Part shown: piece by piece, positions 26,102 to 41,205 of the stretch
How positions within the stretch are numbered: position 1 is the stretch's first letter
How the letters are laid out: each line of letters opens with the position of its first letter
NCBI GenBank assembly: GCA_043228905.1
Contig: JBHGNT010000020.1
Location: 868,001-932,000 of the forward strand
Direction: 5' to 3'
DNA: 64,000 nt
Source of the DNA: Azolla caroliniana
Taxonomy: Eukaryota; Plantae; Polypodiophyta
Translations under genes and position numbers: made by a program
Notes under the pieces: generated by a model
What the model was told of the DNA's origin: nothing
What the model saw: only the letters and a program-made list of their open reading frames with translations
The model's database searches: none

Positions 26102-27087
26102 TTGTCGGAGTCGATGTTGTTTGCCGAGTTGGCATGGTTCGCATACTCGGTCGACTTGTTTCGACTCGAATGTCGGAAGTCCAATGATGATTGCCATGGT
26201 TTGCATCGCTCGAAGCTGTTGGAGGTTTATGTGGCCGTTTTCTTGTGCCATAACTCAATGCTTGTCTTGGTTTTGAGACCTTTAGCGTACATTGCCGAAT
26301 TCAACTTGTTCAAATTGAGGATGAACAATCAAGCATATCTCCGTCCCTTAGTTATGAGTCGGCCATCTTTCTCGATGAAGCATCCTGGGCGTCGTGGATG
26401 TAGCTCCTTGGCCGACGAGGTATTGGGTCATCCTGTACTCCCAAGATGAATAATTGCTCTGGTCTAACTTTTCACTAGGGAGCGAGCTACACATTTGTGT
26501 GGTCATGTTGATTGTAGTGTCTTCTCTTGTTTTGCTTTTTATTATTATGTCGTCGGCGTCTCGAATACACAATCACGGAGTTGGGTGGGCTTAGTGCATT
26601 TTCTAAACCACATGCTCTGATACCATGTTAAGAATTAGGTGATTAATTAAGCAAAGGGTAATTAGTACCTAATTATGTGATTAGTTGATAAACGGAAGAT
26701 TAAGTGATATGTGTGTGTGTATGTGTGTGAGAAGAAGAGAGAGAGAGAGAGATAGACTTATGAACAACACAAGATGGGGGATGAGTAACTATATTAAATT
26801 AGCATCAAAATCATCATCATCATCATCATCAAATACAAAAATACCTACAATGAGGTATATATAGATCTCATATGCAAGGGTGCACATGTGTGAGGATAAT
26901 ATACGTACGAACATGTAAGTCCTATAGTAAATGTACTTGGGAGTGGAGGATCTAGAATATCCAACATAAGTACAAGGTACTATTTAAGGCGTTATAGTCA
27001 ACACTTCTAACTAGATTCTATCTAGGTAACTACGAAGTTACGTGGTTGACTAACTAACTAAACTAAGTTGAGCTTGATCTCTCAACA
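26102..27087 (-). mobile_element. Internally deleted Ty1/copia remnant: 5' LTR (26626-27087), PBS, gag start fused to the GAG-pre-integrase region
   Basis: LTR TGTTAAG...CTCAACA. PBS TGGTATCAGAGC (26614-26625, tRNA-iMet type). KLDQSNYSSWEYRM gag start. GHINLQ...VCEPCQLGKQHR matches 1-260. Confidence 0.9.
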
Positions 27088-30000
27088 AGCTCAAACAAGT
27101 TGATTTTGTGGACTTGTTTCATTTGTATGCTAGAATACAGTAAGGCTCACTATTCGTTCGCTTAGGTAACAATTGGTAACGGTTAAGGACTGACATTGAT
27201 ATGCAAGTACTCCATAATACTTTTATCTTGTATATTTTTTGTTTATGATGAAATTCCATTGGAAGTGGGTTTAAATTACGTTTGTAGTCCAACGGTTAGG
27301 ATAACTGGGTTCCAAGCAATAAACCCAAGTTCAACTCTTGACAAGCGCACACGATGTTAGTTCAACCACAACCTACGATCGGAAAGAGAAATCCATTCAA
27401 TTCCCTTTGAGAATGTCACATTGTTCAAGAGTTTCAGTAATAGAGTCTAAAAATTCTCCAACAAATTGAATTACTATAAATATTTGGTCAAAAAACGGTT
27501 TCTCGAAATTTGTTACGTTTTTGTCTTATAAGTATGTTAGGGTCAACTTTTGCTCGCTCACATAAAAAATGGTAAAGATTAAGGACTCAGGTTTAGATGA
27601 GATATCTATGCCCTTGCAACCTTACAATTAGGATATTTCTCTAGAAAGCAAAAGACTAGGCTTTGACATTCCGCAAGCGCTTTCTCTGGAAAGCAATAGA
27701 CTATGTTCATATGAGATATCTATGCCCCTATATCCCTAGAGTTAGGATATTTTTCTGGAAAGCAATAGACCAAGCTTCGACATTCCCCAAGCGCACGCTA
27801 TGTGCTTTAGAGCAATACTTTAATTGGACATGCAAAATCTATATGATTCGATTCGAGAATATGATGTTGTTTGACAAGTTTCATAGCTAGATTGCAAGAA
27901 CACAAGAACAAATTGAATTAATCTGATGATTAGCTCAAACAAGCTGTTTTTTGGACTTGTTTCATATGTATGCTTGAAGAAAGTGAGGCTGACTATTTGT
28001 TCGCTCAGGTAACAATTGGTAAAGGTTCAGGACCCACATTGATATGCAACTATTCCACAATAATTTTATCTTGTATGATTTTTGTTTGTGATAAAATTCC
28101 CTTGTAATTAGGCTCAGATTGCGCTTCTAGTCCAACAGTTTGTGATAAAATTCCTTCCAAGCAACAGACCCGAGTTCAACTCTCGGCAAGCACAGACCAT
28201 GTTATTTACACCACTACTGAAGATGCAAAAGCGAAAACTTTACAATTCCCTTCGACAATGTCACATTGCTCGAGAGTTTCATTAGTGCAGTGTAAAAAGT
28301 CTCCAACAAATTGAATTACGATAAATCTTTCGTCAAAGAATAGTTTCTCTCAACTAGTTTCGTTTGTATCTTCTAAGAACGTTACGGTCACCTTTTGCTC
28401 GCTCACATAAAAAATGGTAAAGATTAAGGACTTAGGTTGATATGAGATACTTGTGAGCCTGTAGCCCTACATTTACGATATTTTCCTTGAAAGCAATAGA
28501 CTACGTTTCATAACTAGATTCTAAGAACACGGGAATGAATTGAATTAATCAGATGTTTAGCTCAAACAAGCTGTTTTTAAGGACTTGTTTCATTTGTATG
28601 CTAGAAGAATGTAAGGCTTACTATTCTTTCACTTATGTACTATGTGCTTTAGAGCAGTACTTCAATTGATCATGCAAAATCTATACGATTTGATTCGAGA
28701 ATATAACGTTGTTGGACGAGTTTCATAACTAGATTGCAAGAACATGGGAAAAGATTGAATTAATCTTATGTTTAAGTCAAAGAAGTTGTTTTTGTGGAAT
28801 TGTTTGATTTGTATGCGAAAAGAAAGTAAGGCTCAATATTTATTCGCATATGTATAGGACACACATTTATATGCGACTACTCAACAATAATTTTATCTTG
28901 TCTATTTTTTGTTTTTAATAAACTTCCATTGGAAGCAGGTGGAAATGGTGCTTGTCTATTCAAGTTCCTTTGATAATTTTATCTTGACTATTCAAGTCCC
29001 TTTGATAATGTCACGTTCTTTGAGAGTTTCACAAGCAGAGGCTAAAAAGTCTCCAACAAATTGAATTCCTATAAATATTTGGTCGAAAAACAGTTTCACT
29101 AGACTAGATTCGTTTTTATCTGATAAGAAAGTTCGGGTCACCTCTTGCTCGCTCACAGAAAACATGGTAAAGATTAAGGACTCAGGTTTGATATGAGATA
29201 TTTGTGCAGCTTAAGCCGTACAATTAGGATATTTCTGTTGAAAACAATAACCAACGTTTCAATATTCCCCAAGCGCAAGCTATGTCCTATCGAGCGGTAT
29301 TTCAATTGGATTAACAAAATCTACTAAATTCGATTCGAGAATATAAAATTGCTCTATGAGTTTCATAACAAGATTGTAAGAACACGAGATCAAATTGAGT
29401 TAATCTGATGTCTAGCTTAAACAAGCTATTTATTCACACCTGTATAGGACACACATTTATATGCGACTAATCAACAATAATTTTATCTTGTCTATTTTTT
29501 GTTTTTGATAAATTTCCCTCAGAAGCAGGTTTAAATTGCGCTTGTAGTCCAACAATTAGGATAATTGCCTTCCAAGCAATAGACTTGAGTTCAACTCTCG
29601 ACAAGCGCATACCATATTATTTCAAACAGTACTCAGGATTTAAAATAGAAATCTACTCAAGCTCCTTTGAAAATGTCACGTTCTTTGAGAGTTTCATTAG
29701 TAGAGGTTAAAAAGTCTCCAACAAATTAAATTCCTATAAATATTTTCTCCAAATTTGGTTTCACTAAACTAAATTCGTTTTTATCTTATACGAAACTTAC
29801 GGTCACCTTTTAGTTGGTCACATAAAACATGGAGAAGATTTAGGACTCATGTTTGATATGAGATATTTGTGCGGCTATAGCCCTACAATTAGGATATTTT
29901 TCGTGAAAGCAATAACTAACGTTTCAATATTCCGCAAACGTAATCTATATCCTTTAGAGCGGTATTTTAATTGGATAAACAAAATCTATTCGATTAGATT

Positions 30001-32860
30001 CGAGAATATAAAATTTCTCTATGAGTTTCATAACTAGATTGTAAGAACACGAGATCAAATTGAATTAATATAATGTTTAGCTTAAACAAGCTGTTTTTAT
30101 GGACTTGTTTCATTTGTATACGAGAAGAAAGTAAGGTTCACTATTTATTCGCTTAGGTATAGGACTCACATTTATATGCGACTACTCAACAATAACTTTA
30201 TCTTGTGTATTTTTTGTTTTTGATAAAGTTTGTTTTTGATAATTTGCGCTTGTAGTCCAACGATTAGGATACTTGCCTTCCAAGCAATAGACCCGAGTTC
30301 AACTCTCACCAAGCACATACTATGTTATTGCAATCAGTACTCACGATCTAAAAGAGAAATCTATTAAGGTCCCTTTGATAATGTCACGTTCTTCGAGAGT
30401 TTCACAAGCAGAGGCTAAAAAGTCTCAAACAAATTGAATTCCTATAAATATTTGGTCCAAAAACGGTTTCAGTAAACTAGATTCGTTTTTATCAGATAAG
30501 AAAGTTCGGGTCACCTCTTCCACGCTCACATAAAACATGGTAAAGATTAAGGACTCAGGTTTGATATGAGATATTTGTGCGGCTTTAGCCGTACAATTAG
30601 GATATTTTTCTTCAAAGCAATAACCAATGTTTCAATATTTCGCAAACGCAAGCTATATCGTTTAGAGCGGTATTTCCATTGGATAAACAAAATCTATTCG
30701 ATTAGATTCTAGAATATAAAATTGCTCTATGAGTTTCATAACTAGATTGTAAGAACACGAGATCAAATTGAATTAATTTGATGTTTAGCTTAAACAAGCT
30801 GTTTTTATGGACTTATTTATTTCATTTGTATGCGAGAAGAAAGTAAGGCTCACTATTTTTTCGCTTAGGTATAGGACTCACATTTATATGCGACTACTCA
30901 CCAATAATTTTATCTTGTGTATTTTTTATTTTTGTTAAACTTCCATTAGAATCAAGTTTAAATTGGGCTTGTAGTCCAACGGTTAGGATAATTGCCTTCC
31001 AAGCAATAGACCCTAGTTCAACTCTTGGCAAGCGCATACCATATTATTGCAACCAGTACTCGCGATCTAAAAGAGAAATCTATTCAAGTCTCTTTGATAA
31101 TGTCACGTTCTTCGAGAGTTGTATTAGCAGAGGTTAAAAAGTCTCCAACAAATTGAAGTCCTTTAAGTATTTGGTCCAAAAACGGTTTTAATAAATTAGA
31201 TTCATTTTTATCTTATAAGAAACTTAGGGTCACCTTTTGGTTGCTTACATAAAACATAGAAAACATTAAGGACTCAGGTTTGATATGAGATATTTGTGCG
31301 GCTTTAGCCATACAATTAGGATATTTTTCTTGAAAGCAATAACCAACGTTTCAATATTCCGCAAGCGGAAGCTATATCCTTTAGAGCGGTATTTCAATTG
31401 GATAAACAAAATCTATTTGATTTGATACGAGAATATAAAATTGTTGTCTGAGTTTCAAAACAATATAGTAAGAACACGAGATTAAATTGAATTAATATGA
31501 TGTTTAGCTTAAACAAGTTGTTTTTATGGACTTGTTTCATTTGTATGCGAGAAGAAAGTAAGGCTTAGTATTTATTCGCTCAGGTATAGGACTCACATTT
31601 ATATGCGAGTACTCAACAATAATTTTATATTGTTTATTTTTAGTTTTTCATAAACTTCCATTGGAATCAACTGGAAATGGAGCTTGTAGTCCAACGGTTA
31701 GGATAATTGCCTTCCACGCAATAGACCCGAGTTCAGCTCTTACCAAGCGCATACTATGTTATTGCAATCAGTACTCACGATCTAAAAGAGAAATTTATTA
31801 AGGTCCCTTTTATCTTGACTATTCAAGTCCCTTTGATAATGTCACGTTCTTTGAGAGTTTCACAAGTAGAGGTTAAAAAGTCTCCAACAAATTGAATTCC
31901 TATAAATATTTGGTCCAAAAACGGTTTCACTAAACTAGATTCGTTTTTATCTGATAAGAAAGTTCGGGTCACCTCTTGCTCGCTCACGTAAAACATGGTA
32001 AAGATTAAGGATTCACGTTTGATATTAGATATTTGTGCGGATTTAGCCCTACAATTAGGATATTTTTCTTGAAAGCAATAACCAACGTTTCAATATTTCG
32101 GAAGCGCACCCTATGTCTTTTATAGCGGTATTTCAATTGGATAAACAAAATCTATTCAATTATATTCGAGAATAAAAAATTGTTGGATGAGTTTCATAAC
32201 TAGATTATAAGAACAGAGGTACAGGAGTCACATTTATATGTGACTACTCAACCATAATTTTATCTTGTATATTTTTTGTTTTTGACCAACTTCCCTTGGA
32301 AGCAGGCTTAAATTTTGCTTGTAGTTCAACGGTTAGGATAATTGCCTTCCAAGTGATAGACCTGATTTCAACTCTTGGCAAGCGCATACCATGTTATTTC
32401 ATCCAGTAGTCACGATCTAAAAGAGAAATTTATTCAAGTCCCTTTGATAATGTCACGTTCTTCGAGAGTTTCATTAGCAGAGGTTAAAAAGTCTCCAACA
32501 AATTGAATTCCTCTAAATATTTGGGTCGAAAACGGTTTCAATAAACTAGATTCATTTTTATCTTATAAGAAATTTAGGGTCAACTTTTGCTCGTTCACAT
32601 AAAACAAGGATAAGATTAAGGACTCAGGTTTTATATGAGATATTTGTGCGGCTTTAGCCGTATAATTAGGTTATTTTTATTGAAAGTAATAACCTACGTT
32701 TCAATATTTTGCAAGCGCACCCTATGTCCTTTATAACGTTATTTCAATTGGATAAACAAAATGTATTCAATTTTATTCGAGAATATAAAATTGTTGGATG
32801 GGTTTCATAACTAGATTGTAAGAACATGAGATCAAATGGAATTAATTTGATGTTTAGCTT
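27088..32860. repeat. Satellite array segment
   Basis: Same monomer motifs. Confidence 0.95.
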
Positions 32861-33749
32861 CGTGTGATAGGTCCAATTGACCTCTTCTACCACCGCGACC
32901 TCGTCCTCGATCACCGTCGGAATTCGAGAAGAACATTTGTCCTTCCGAATTCGAGAAGAACATTGATTGGAGTTCGAAGAATGAAGAAGGGTTTTCTCTC
33001 GCCAAGATTGTCATCCGTAATGGATCAAATCGTTGTGCGAGGCCGCCCAATCATAGTTGGACCATCTCGTCTTTGTCGATGTTTATGTTGATGGAGCCAA
33101 GTGAGTTGCAAATGCACTTAATCTAGGCGGTGTAATCCGACAGGGACATGCCTTTTTGTCGAATGTTATTTAACTCTTGTCGGAGTTGAAGCTTTCGGGC
33201 GGTCGTGTTGGCGGCGAACATTTTCTTTAAGTTCTCCCATGCCTCTTTGGGCGTCTTGGTGTCTGGAATGTGGCTAAGCATATGGTCGTGGACACATGTT
33301 GCCAAGCAATACATGACTCGACTCGCCGCTTACTCCGATGTTGTCGGGTCGATTGTCTTGAGTGCCGTTAATGTAGCTCCAATACCCTTGGCTGACGTGG
33401 TATTGGATCATCTTGTACTCCCAAGATGAATAATTGCTGCAGTCTAACTTTTCACTAGGAGCAAGCTACGCATTTGTGTGGTCATGTTGATTGTAGTGTT
33501 GGCTCTTCTTTTGCTTTTCTTCCTTCGATCATGTACATGTGCTACGTAGCGGCACTACGACGTCTCGAATACACAATCACGGAGTTGGGTGGGCTTAGTG
33601 GATTTTCTAAACCACACACTCTGATACCATGTTAAGAATTAGGTGATTAATTAAGCAAGGGCTAATTAGTACCTAATTATGTGATTAGTTGATAAACGGA
33701 AGATTAAGTGATATGTGTGTGTTTATGTGTGTGAGAAGAAGAGAGCTCT

Positions 33750-33794
<45 letters not shown>

Positions 33795-34124
33795 CCGAGA
33801 TACGCTTATGAACAACACAAGATGGGGGATGAGTAACTATATTAGATTAGCATCAACATCATCATCAAATACAAAAATACCTACAATGAGGTATATATAG
33901 ATCTCATGTGCAAGGGTGCACATGTGTGAGGATAATATACGTACAAACGTGTAAGTCCTATATTAAATGTACTTGGGAGTGGAGGATCTAGAATATCACC
34001 ACTTAAGTACAAGGTACTATTTAAGGAGTTATAGTCAACACTTCTAACTAGATTCTATCTAGGTAACTATGAAGTTACATGGTTGACTAACTAACTAAAG
34101 TAAGTTGAGCTTGATCTCTCAAGA
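32861..34124 (-). mobile_element. Truncated Ty1/copia remnant: 5' LTR (33630-34124), PBS, gag fragments
   Basis: LTR highly similar to 26626-27087. PBS TGGTATCAGAGT at 33618-33629. gag KTPKEAWENLKKMFAANTTARKLQLRQEL (UBN2-like). 32861-33030 matches 820-990. Confidence 0.9.
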
Positions 34125-37100
34125 AGCTCAAACAAGTTGTTTTTGTGGACTTTTTCATTTGTATGCTAGAATACAGTAGGGCTCACTATTCGTTCGCTTA
34201 GGTAACAATTGGTAACGGTTAAGGACTCACATTGATATGCAAGTAGTCCACAATACTTTTATCTTGTATATTTTTTGTTTGTGATGAAATTCCATTGGAT
34301 GTGGGCTCAAATTACGTTTGTAGTCTAACGGTTAGGATAATTGCCTTCCAAGCAATAAACCCGAGTTCGACTCTCGACAAGCGCACACCATGTTATTTCA
34401 ACCACAACCTACGATCAGAAAGAGAAATCCATTCAATTCCCTTTGACAATGTGACATTGTTCAAGAGTTTCAGTAACAACGTCTAAAAACTCTCCAACAA
34501 ATTGAATTCCTATAAATATTTGGTCAAAAAACGGTTTCTCGAAACTAGTTTCATTTTTATCTTATAAGTATGTTAGGGTCAACTTTTGCTCGCTCAGATA
34601 AAACATGGTAAAGATTAAGGACTCAGGTTCAGATGAGATATCTATGCCCTTGTACCCCTACAATTAGGATATTTCTCTAGAAAGCAATAGGCCAGGCTTC
34701 GACATTCCGCAAGCGCTTTTTGTGGAAAGCAATAGACTAGGTTCGTATAAGATATCTATGCCCCTATATCTCTACAGTTAGGATATTTTTCTGGAAAGCA
34801 ATAGACCAGGCTTCAACATTGTGCAATAGAGCAGGCTTCGACCACGCTATATGCTTTAGTGTAGTACTTCAATTGGACAAGAAATATATATACGATTCGA
34901 TTCAAGAATATGACATTGCATGACGAGTTTAATAACTAGATTGTAAGAACACACAAACAAATTGAATTAATCTGATGTTTAGCTCAAACAAGCAGTTTTT
35001 TGGACTTGTTTCATTTGTATGCTAGAAGAAAGTAAGGCTGACTATTCGTTCGCTCAGGTAACAATTGGTAAAGGTTCAGGATTCACATTGATATGCAACT
35101 GTTCCACAATAATTATATCTTGTATATTTGTTTTTTGTGATAAAATTCCCTTGTAAGTAGGCTCAGATTGCACTTGTAGTCCACCAGTCAGGATAATTGC
35201 CTTCCATGCAATAGACCCGAGTTCAACTCTCGGCAAGCACACACCATGTTATTTACACCACTACTTCAGATAACCACTACTTAAGATGCAAAAGTGAAAA
35301 CTTTACAATTCCCTTACACGGAGTGTAAAAAGTCTCCAACAAATTGAATTCCGATAAATCTTTCGTCAAACAATCGTTTCTATAAACTAGTTTCGTTTGT
35401 ATCTTATAAGAACGTTATGGGCACCTTTTGCTCGCTCACATAAAAAATGTTAAAGATTATGGACTTAGGTTGATATGAGATATTTGTGAGGCTGTAGCCC
35501 TACATTTAGGATATTTTTCTTGAAAGCAATAGACCACGTTTCATAACTAGATTCTAAGAACATGGGAACAAATTGAATTAATCAGATGTTTAGCTCAAAC
35601 AAGCTATTTTGAAGAACTTGTTTTATTTGTATGCTAGAAGAAAGTAAGGCTCACTATTAGTTCGCTCAGGTAACAATTGGTAAAGGTTAAGGACTGAGAT
35701 TGATATGCAAGTACTCCACAATACTTTTATCTTGTATATTTTTTGTTTGTGATGAAATTCTATTGGAAGTAGGCTCAAATTATGGTTGTATTCCAACGGT
35801 TTGGATAATTGCCTTCCAAGCAATAAACTCTAGTTCAACTCTCGGCAACTACACACTATGTTCTTTCAACCACTACTTACTATCGAAAAGAGAAATCTAT
35901 TTGATTCCCTTCAACAATTTCACGTTGTTGGAGAGTTTCATTAGTAGAGTTTAAAAACTCTCCAAGAAATTGAATTCTTATAAATATTTTGTCATAAAAC
36001 GGTTTCTCTAAACTAGTTTCGTTTTTATCTTATAAGAATGTTTGGGTCACCCTTTTCTCGCTCTCATAGAAAAAGGTAAAGATTAAGGACTGAGCTCGTA
36101 TGAGATATTTGTGCGCCTGTAGGCCTAATTTTAGGATATTTTTCTTCAAAGCAATAGACCACGTTTGAACATTCCGCAAACGCACGCTATGTGCTTTAGA
36201 GCAGTACTTCATTTGGACATAGAAAATCTATACGATTTGATTCGAGAATATAACATTGTTGGACGAGTTTCATAGCTAGATTGCAAGAACACGGGAATAG
36301 ATTGAGTTAATCTTATGTTTAAGTCAAAGAAGTTGTTTTTGTGGACATGTTTCATTTGTATGCTAGAAGAAAGTAAGGCTCACTGTTCCTTTGCGCAAGT
36401 AACAATTGGTAAAGGTTAAGGACTCACATTGGTATGCATCTACTCCACAATAATTTTATCTTGTATATTTTTTGTTTGTGATAAAATTTTATTGGAAGCA
36501 GGCTCAAATTGTGCTTGTAATTCAACGGTTAGGATAATTGTCATCCAATCAATACACCCCAGTTCAACTCACGGCAAGAACACACCATGTTATTTCAACC
36601 ATTACTTACTATTGAAAAGAGAAATATATTCAATTCCCTTCGATAATGTCACGTTACTCAACAGTTTCATTAGCAGAGTATCAAAACTCTCCAACAAAAT
36701 GAATTCCTATAAATATTTGGTCACCCTTTCGGTTTCTCAAAACCAATTTCATTTTTATCTTATAAGAATGTTAAGTAACCCTTTGTTCACTCACATAAAA
36801 AAAGGTAAAGATTAAGAACTCAGGTTCATATCAAATATTTGTGTGCCTGTAGCCCAAATTTTAGGATATTTTTCTTGAAAGCAACTCTCCAGCAAATTGA
36901 ATTCCTATAAATATTTGGTCAAAAAACAGTTTCTCAAAACTACTTTCGGTTTTATCTTATAAGAAGGTTAGGGTCGCCTTTTGCTCACTCACAGAAAACA
37001 TGGTAAAGATTAAGGGCTCAGGTTTGATATGACATATATGTGCGCCTTTAGCCCTACAATTAGGATATTTTTCTATAAATCAATAGCCTACATTTCAACA

Positions 37101-40100
37101 TTCCGCAAGCACACACTATGTCCTTTAGAGCGGTACTTCAATTGGATAAACAAAATCTATTCGATTTGATTCGAGAATATAAAATTGGTGGATGAGTTTC
37201 ATAACTAGATTGTAAGAACACGAGAACACATTGAATTAATTTGATGTTTAGCTGAAAGAAGCTGTTTTGTTGGACTTGTTTCATTTGTATGCTAGAAGAA
37301 AGTAAGACTCAGTATTTGTTCGCTCAGGTCACAATTGGTAAAGGTTAAGGACTGACATTCATATGCAACTACTCAGAAATAATTTTATCTGGTAAATTTT
37401 TTATTTTTGGTAAAGATCGATTGAATGTAGGTTCAAATTGCATACCATGTTCAACTCTCGGCAAGCGCATACCATGTTATTTCAAGCAATAATTTTATCT
37501 TGTCTATTTTTTGTTTTTGACAAACTTCCATTGGAAGCAACTGGAAATGGCACTTGTAGTCCAATGGTTAGGATAATTGCCTTCCAAGCAATAGACCCGA
37601 GTTCAACTCTCTAGAAGCGCATACCATCTTACACACGATCTAAAAGGGAATTCTATTCAAGTCCCTTTGATAATGTTACGTTCTTCGTGGGTTTCATTAG
37701 CAGAGGTTACAGAGTCTCCAACAAATTGAAGTCCTATAAATATTTTCTCCAAAAACTGTTTTAATAAACTAGATTCGTTTTCATCTTATAGGAAACTTAG
37801 GGTTACCTTTTGGTTGCTGACATAGAACATAGAAAATATTAAGGACTCAGGTTTGATATGAGATATTTGTGTGGCTTTAGCTGTACAATTAGGATATTTT
37901 TGTTGAAAGCAATAACTAACGTTTCAATATTCCGCAATCTCAAGCTATGGGCTATAGAGTGGTACTCAAATTGGATAAACAAAATGTATTTCATAGATTC
38001 GAGAATATAAAATTGTTCAATAACTTTCATAACTACATTATAAAATTCTGCAAGCACATGCTATGTCCTTTAGAGCGGTACTTCAATTGGATAAACAAAA
38101 TCTATTCGATTCGATTCGAGAATAGAAATTTGGTGGATGAGTTTCATAACTAGATTGTAAGAACACGAGAACACATTGAATTAATTTGATGTTTAGCTGA
38201 AAGAAGCTGTTTTGTTGGACTTGTTTCATTTGTATGCTAGAAGAAAGTAAGACTCAGTATTTGTTCGCTGAGGTCACAATTGGTAAAGGTTAAGGACTGA
38301 CATTCATATGCAACTACTCAGAAATAATTTTATCTGGTAAATTTTTTATTTTTGGTAAAGATCGATTGAATGTAGGTTCAAATTGCGCTTGTAGTCCAAC
38401 GGTTAGGGTAATTGCCTTCCAAGCAATGGACCCAAGTTCAACTCTTGGCAAGCGCATACCATGTTATTTCAATCACTACTTACAATCTAAAAGAGAAATC
38501 TAGTCAAGTCCCTTCGACAATGGCACGTTCTTCAAGAGTTTCATAAGCAAGGTTTAAGAACTCTACAACAAATTGAATTCCTATAAATATTTAGTCAACA
38601 ATAATTTAATGTTGTAACTTTTTTGTTATTGATAAACTTCCCATTCGAAGTAGGGTCAAATTGCGCTTGTAGTCCAACGGTTAGGATAATTGCTTTCCAA
38701 GCAATAGACCCGAGTTCAACTCTTGGCAAGCGCATACCATATTATTTCAACCACTACTAACGATCTAAAAGAGAAATCTATTCAAGTCCCTTCGACATTC
38801 TCACGTTCTTCGAGGGTTTTATTAGCAGAGTCTAAAAACTATCCAACAAATTGAATTCCTATAAATATTTAGTCAAAAAACTGTTTCTCTAAACTAGTTT
38901 CGTTTTTATCATGTAAGGGTCACCTTTTGCTCGCTGACATAAAAAATGGTACACATTATGGACTTAGCTTAATATGAGATATTTGTGTGCCTATTGCCCT
39001 ACAATTAGGATATTTTTCTTGAATGCAATAGACCACATTTCAACATTCCGCAAGTGCACGCTATGTGCCTTAGAGCAGTACTTGCATTGGATAAAGAAGT
39101 CTATCCGATTCGATTCGACAATATGACATTGGTCGATGAGTTTGGTAAGTAGATTGTAAGAATATGGGAACAAATTGAATTAATATGATGTTTAGCTCAA
39201 ACAAGCTATTTTTGTAGGCTTGCTTCATTTGTATGCTAGAAGAAAGTAACACTCAATATTCGTTCACTCATGTAACAATTGGTAAAGGTTAAGGACTCAC
39301 ATTAATATGCAACTACTCAAAAATAATTTTATCTTGTATATTTTTTTGTTTTTGATAAACTTCGATCGAATGTAGGTTCAAATTGCTCTTGTAGTCCAAC
39401 GATTAGGATAATTGCCTTACAAGCAATAGACCCGAGTTCAACTCTCGGCACGCGGATACCATGTTAGCCCTACAATTAGGATATTTTTTGTTTTTGATAA
39501 ATTTCCATTCGAGGCAGGGTCAAATTGCGCTTATAGTCCAACAGATAGGATAACTACCTTCCAAGAAATAGACCCGAGTTCAACACTCCGCAAGCGCACA
39601 CCATGTTATTTCAAAAATTACTCATGATATAAAAGAGAAATCTATTCAAGTCCCTTCGACAATGTAAAGTTCTTCGAGAGTTTCATTAGGAGAGTCTAAA
39701 AACTCTCCAACTAATTGAATTCCTATAAATATTTGGTCAAAAAACGTTTTGTCTAAACTAGTTTCGTTTTTATCTTATAAGAAAGTTAGGGTCACCTTTT
39801 GCCCGCTCACGTAAAACATGGTGAAGATTAAGTACTCAGGTTTGATATGAGATATTTGTGTGTGTTTAGCCCTAAAATTAGGATATTTTTCTTGAAAGCA
39901 ATAGCCCACATTTCAACAATCCACAAGGGCATGATATGTCCTGTAGAGTGGTACTTCAATTGGATAAACAACATCTATTCGATTCGATTTGAGAATATAA
40001 AATTGCTACATGAGTTTGATAACTAGATTGTAAGAACACGAGAACAATTTGAATTAGTTTGATGCTTAGCTCAAACAAACTAATTTTGTGGACTTGTTTC

Positions 40101-40808
40101 ATTTGTATGCAAGAAGAAAGTAAGGCTCACTATTTGGTCGCTTAGGTATAGGAGTCACATTTATATGCAGCTACTCAACAATAATTTTATCTCATATATT
40201 TTTTGTTTTTGATAAACTTCTCTTGGAAGCATGTTTAAATTTTGCTTGTAGTCCAATGGTTAGGATAATTGAATTAATCTGATGTTTAGCTCAAACAAAT
40301 TGTTTTTGTAGGCTTGCTTCATTATTATGCTAAAAGAAAGTAACGGTCAGTATTCGTGCGCTCATGTAACATTTGGTAAACGTGAAGGACTCACATAGAT
40401 ATGCCATTACTCAACAATAATTTTATCTTGTATATTTTTTATTTTTGACAAATTTCGATTATATGTATGTTCAAATTGCACTTGTAGTCCAACGGTTAGG
40501 ATAATTGCAAACAATAGACCCGACTTCAATTCTCGGCAAGCGCATACCATGTTAGCCCTACAATAAGGATATTTTTTTTGAAAGTAATAGCCCACGTTGT
40601 AATATTCTGCAAGCGTACGTTATGTCCTTTAGAGCGGTACTTCAATTGGATAAACAAAATCTATTCGATTAGATACGAGAATACAGAATTGCTGGAGGAG
40701 TTTCATAACTAGATTGTAATAACACGAGATCTAATTGAATTAATATGATGTTTAGCTTAAACAAGTTGTTATTGTGGACTTGTTTCAGTTGTATGAGAGA
40801 AGAAAGTA
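34125..40808. repeat. Satellite array segment, paralogous to the left-hand blocks but without their insertions
   Basis: Shares diagnostic junctions with 991-3117, 13467-13880 and 19300-22960. Confidence 0.93.
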
Positions 40809-41136
40809 AAAGAAGGAATTAGTACTAAAAGAAGTATTAGTACTAAGAGAGTTGAAGAACTCTCGAGAGAAGGAAAGAGTGAGTGAGAGAGAGGGAGAGT
40901 GAGTGAGAGAGAGAGAGTGATGATAAGAAAAGATATATATTATGTGAAGAAAATGTACAGTAGCTAGGAGGCTTAAGACTGGCATTGAAACGATTTGGTT
41001 CGAAATAATGCATTGTGCCTCCTTTTATAGTGTTCTAAGGAATACTCCTGAAGTTTCTAGAATGTTCTAGAGAAATCTAGAATATACATAGATTTTCTAT
41101 AATAAAACATAAATGAAAATAATATTCTACGTATTA

Positions 41137-41205
41137 CAACGTATAGTCTAATGGTCAAGAGCTCGACCCATGTAGCATAAGGTCATGGCTTCGAGTCTTG
41201 CCATA
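41137..41205 (+). promoter_or_regulatory. Degenerate tRNA-derived motif with Pol III A/B-box-like sequences
   Basis: TAGTCTAATGG (41144-41154), AGGTC variable-loop-like motif and TTCGAGTC (41190-41197). T8-to-T54 spacing is 46 nt, as in tRNAs. Stems are poorly paired, so this is not a functional tRNA. Confidence 0.5.

Noticed and set aside
41137-41205. Possible functional tRNA gene
   Set aside because: The acceptor, anticodon and T stems do not pair; kept only as a tRNA-derived motif.
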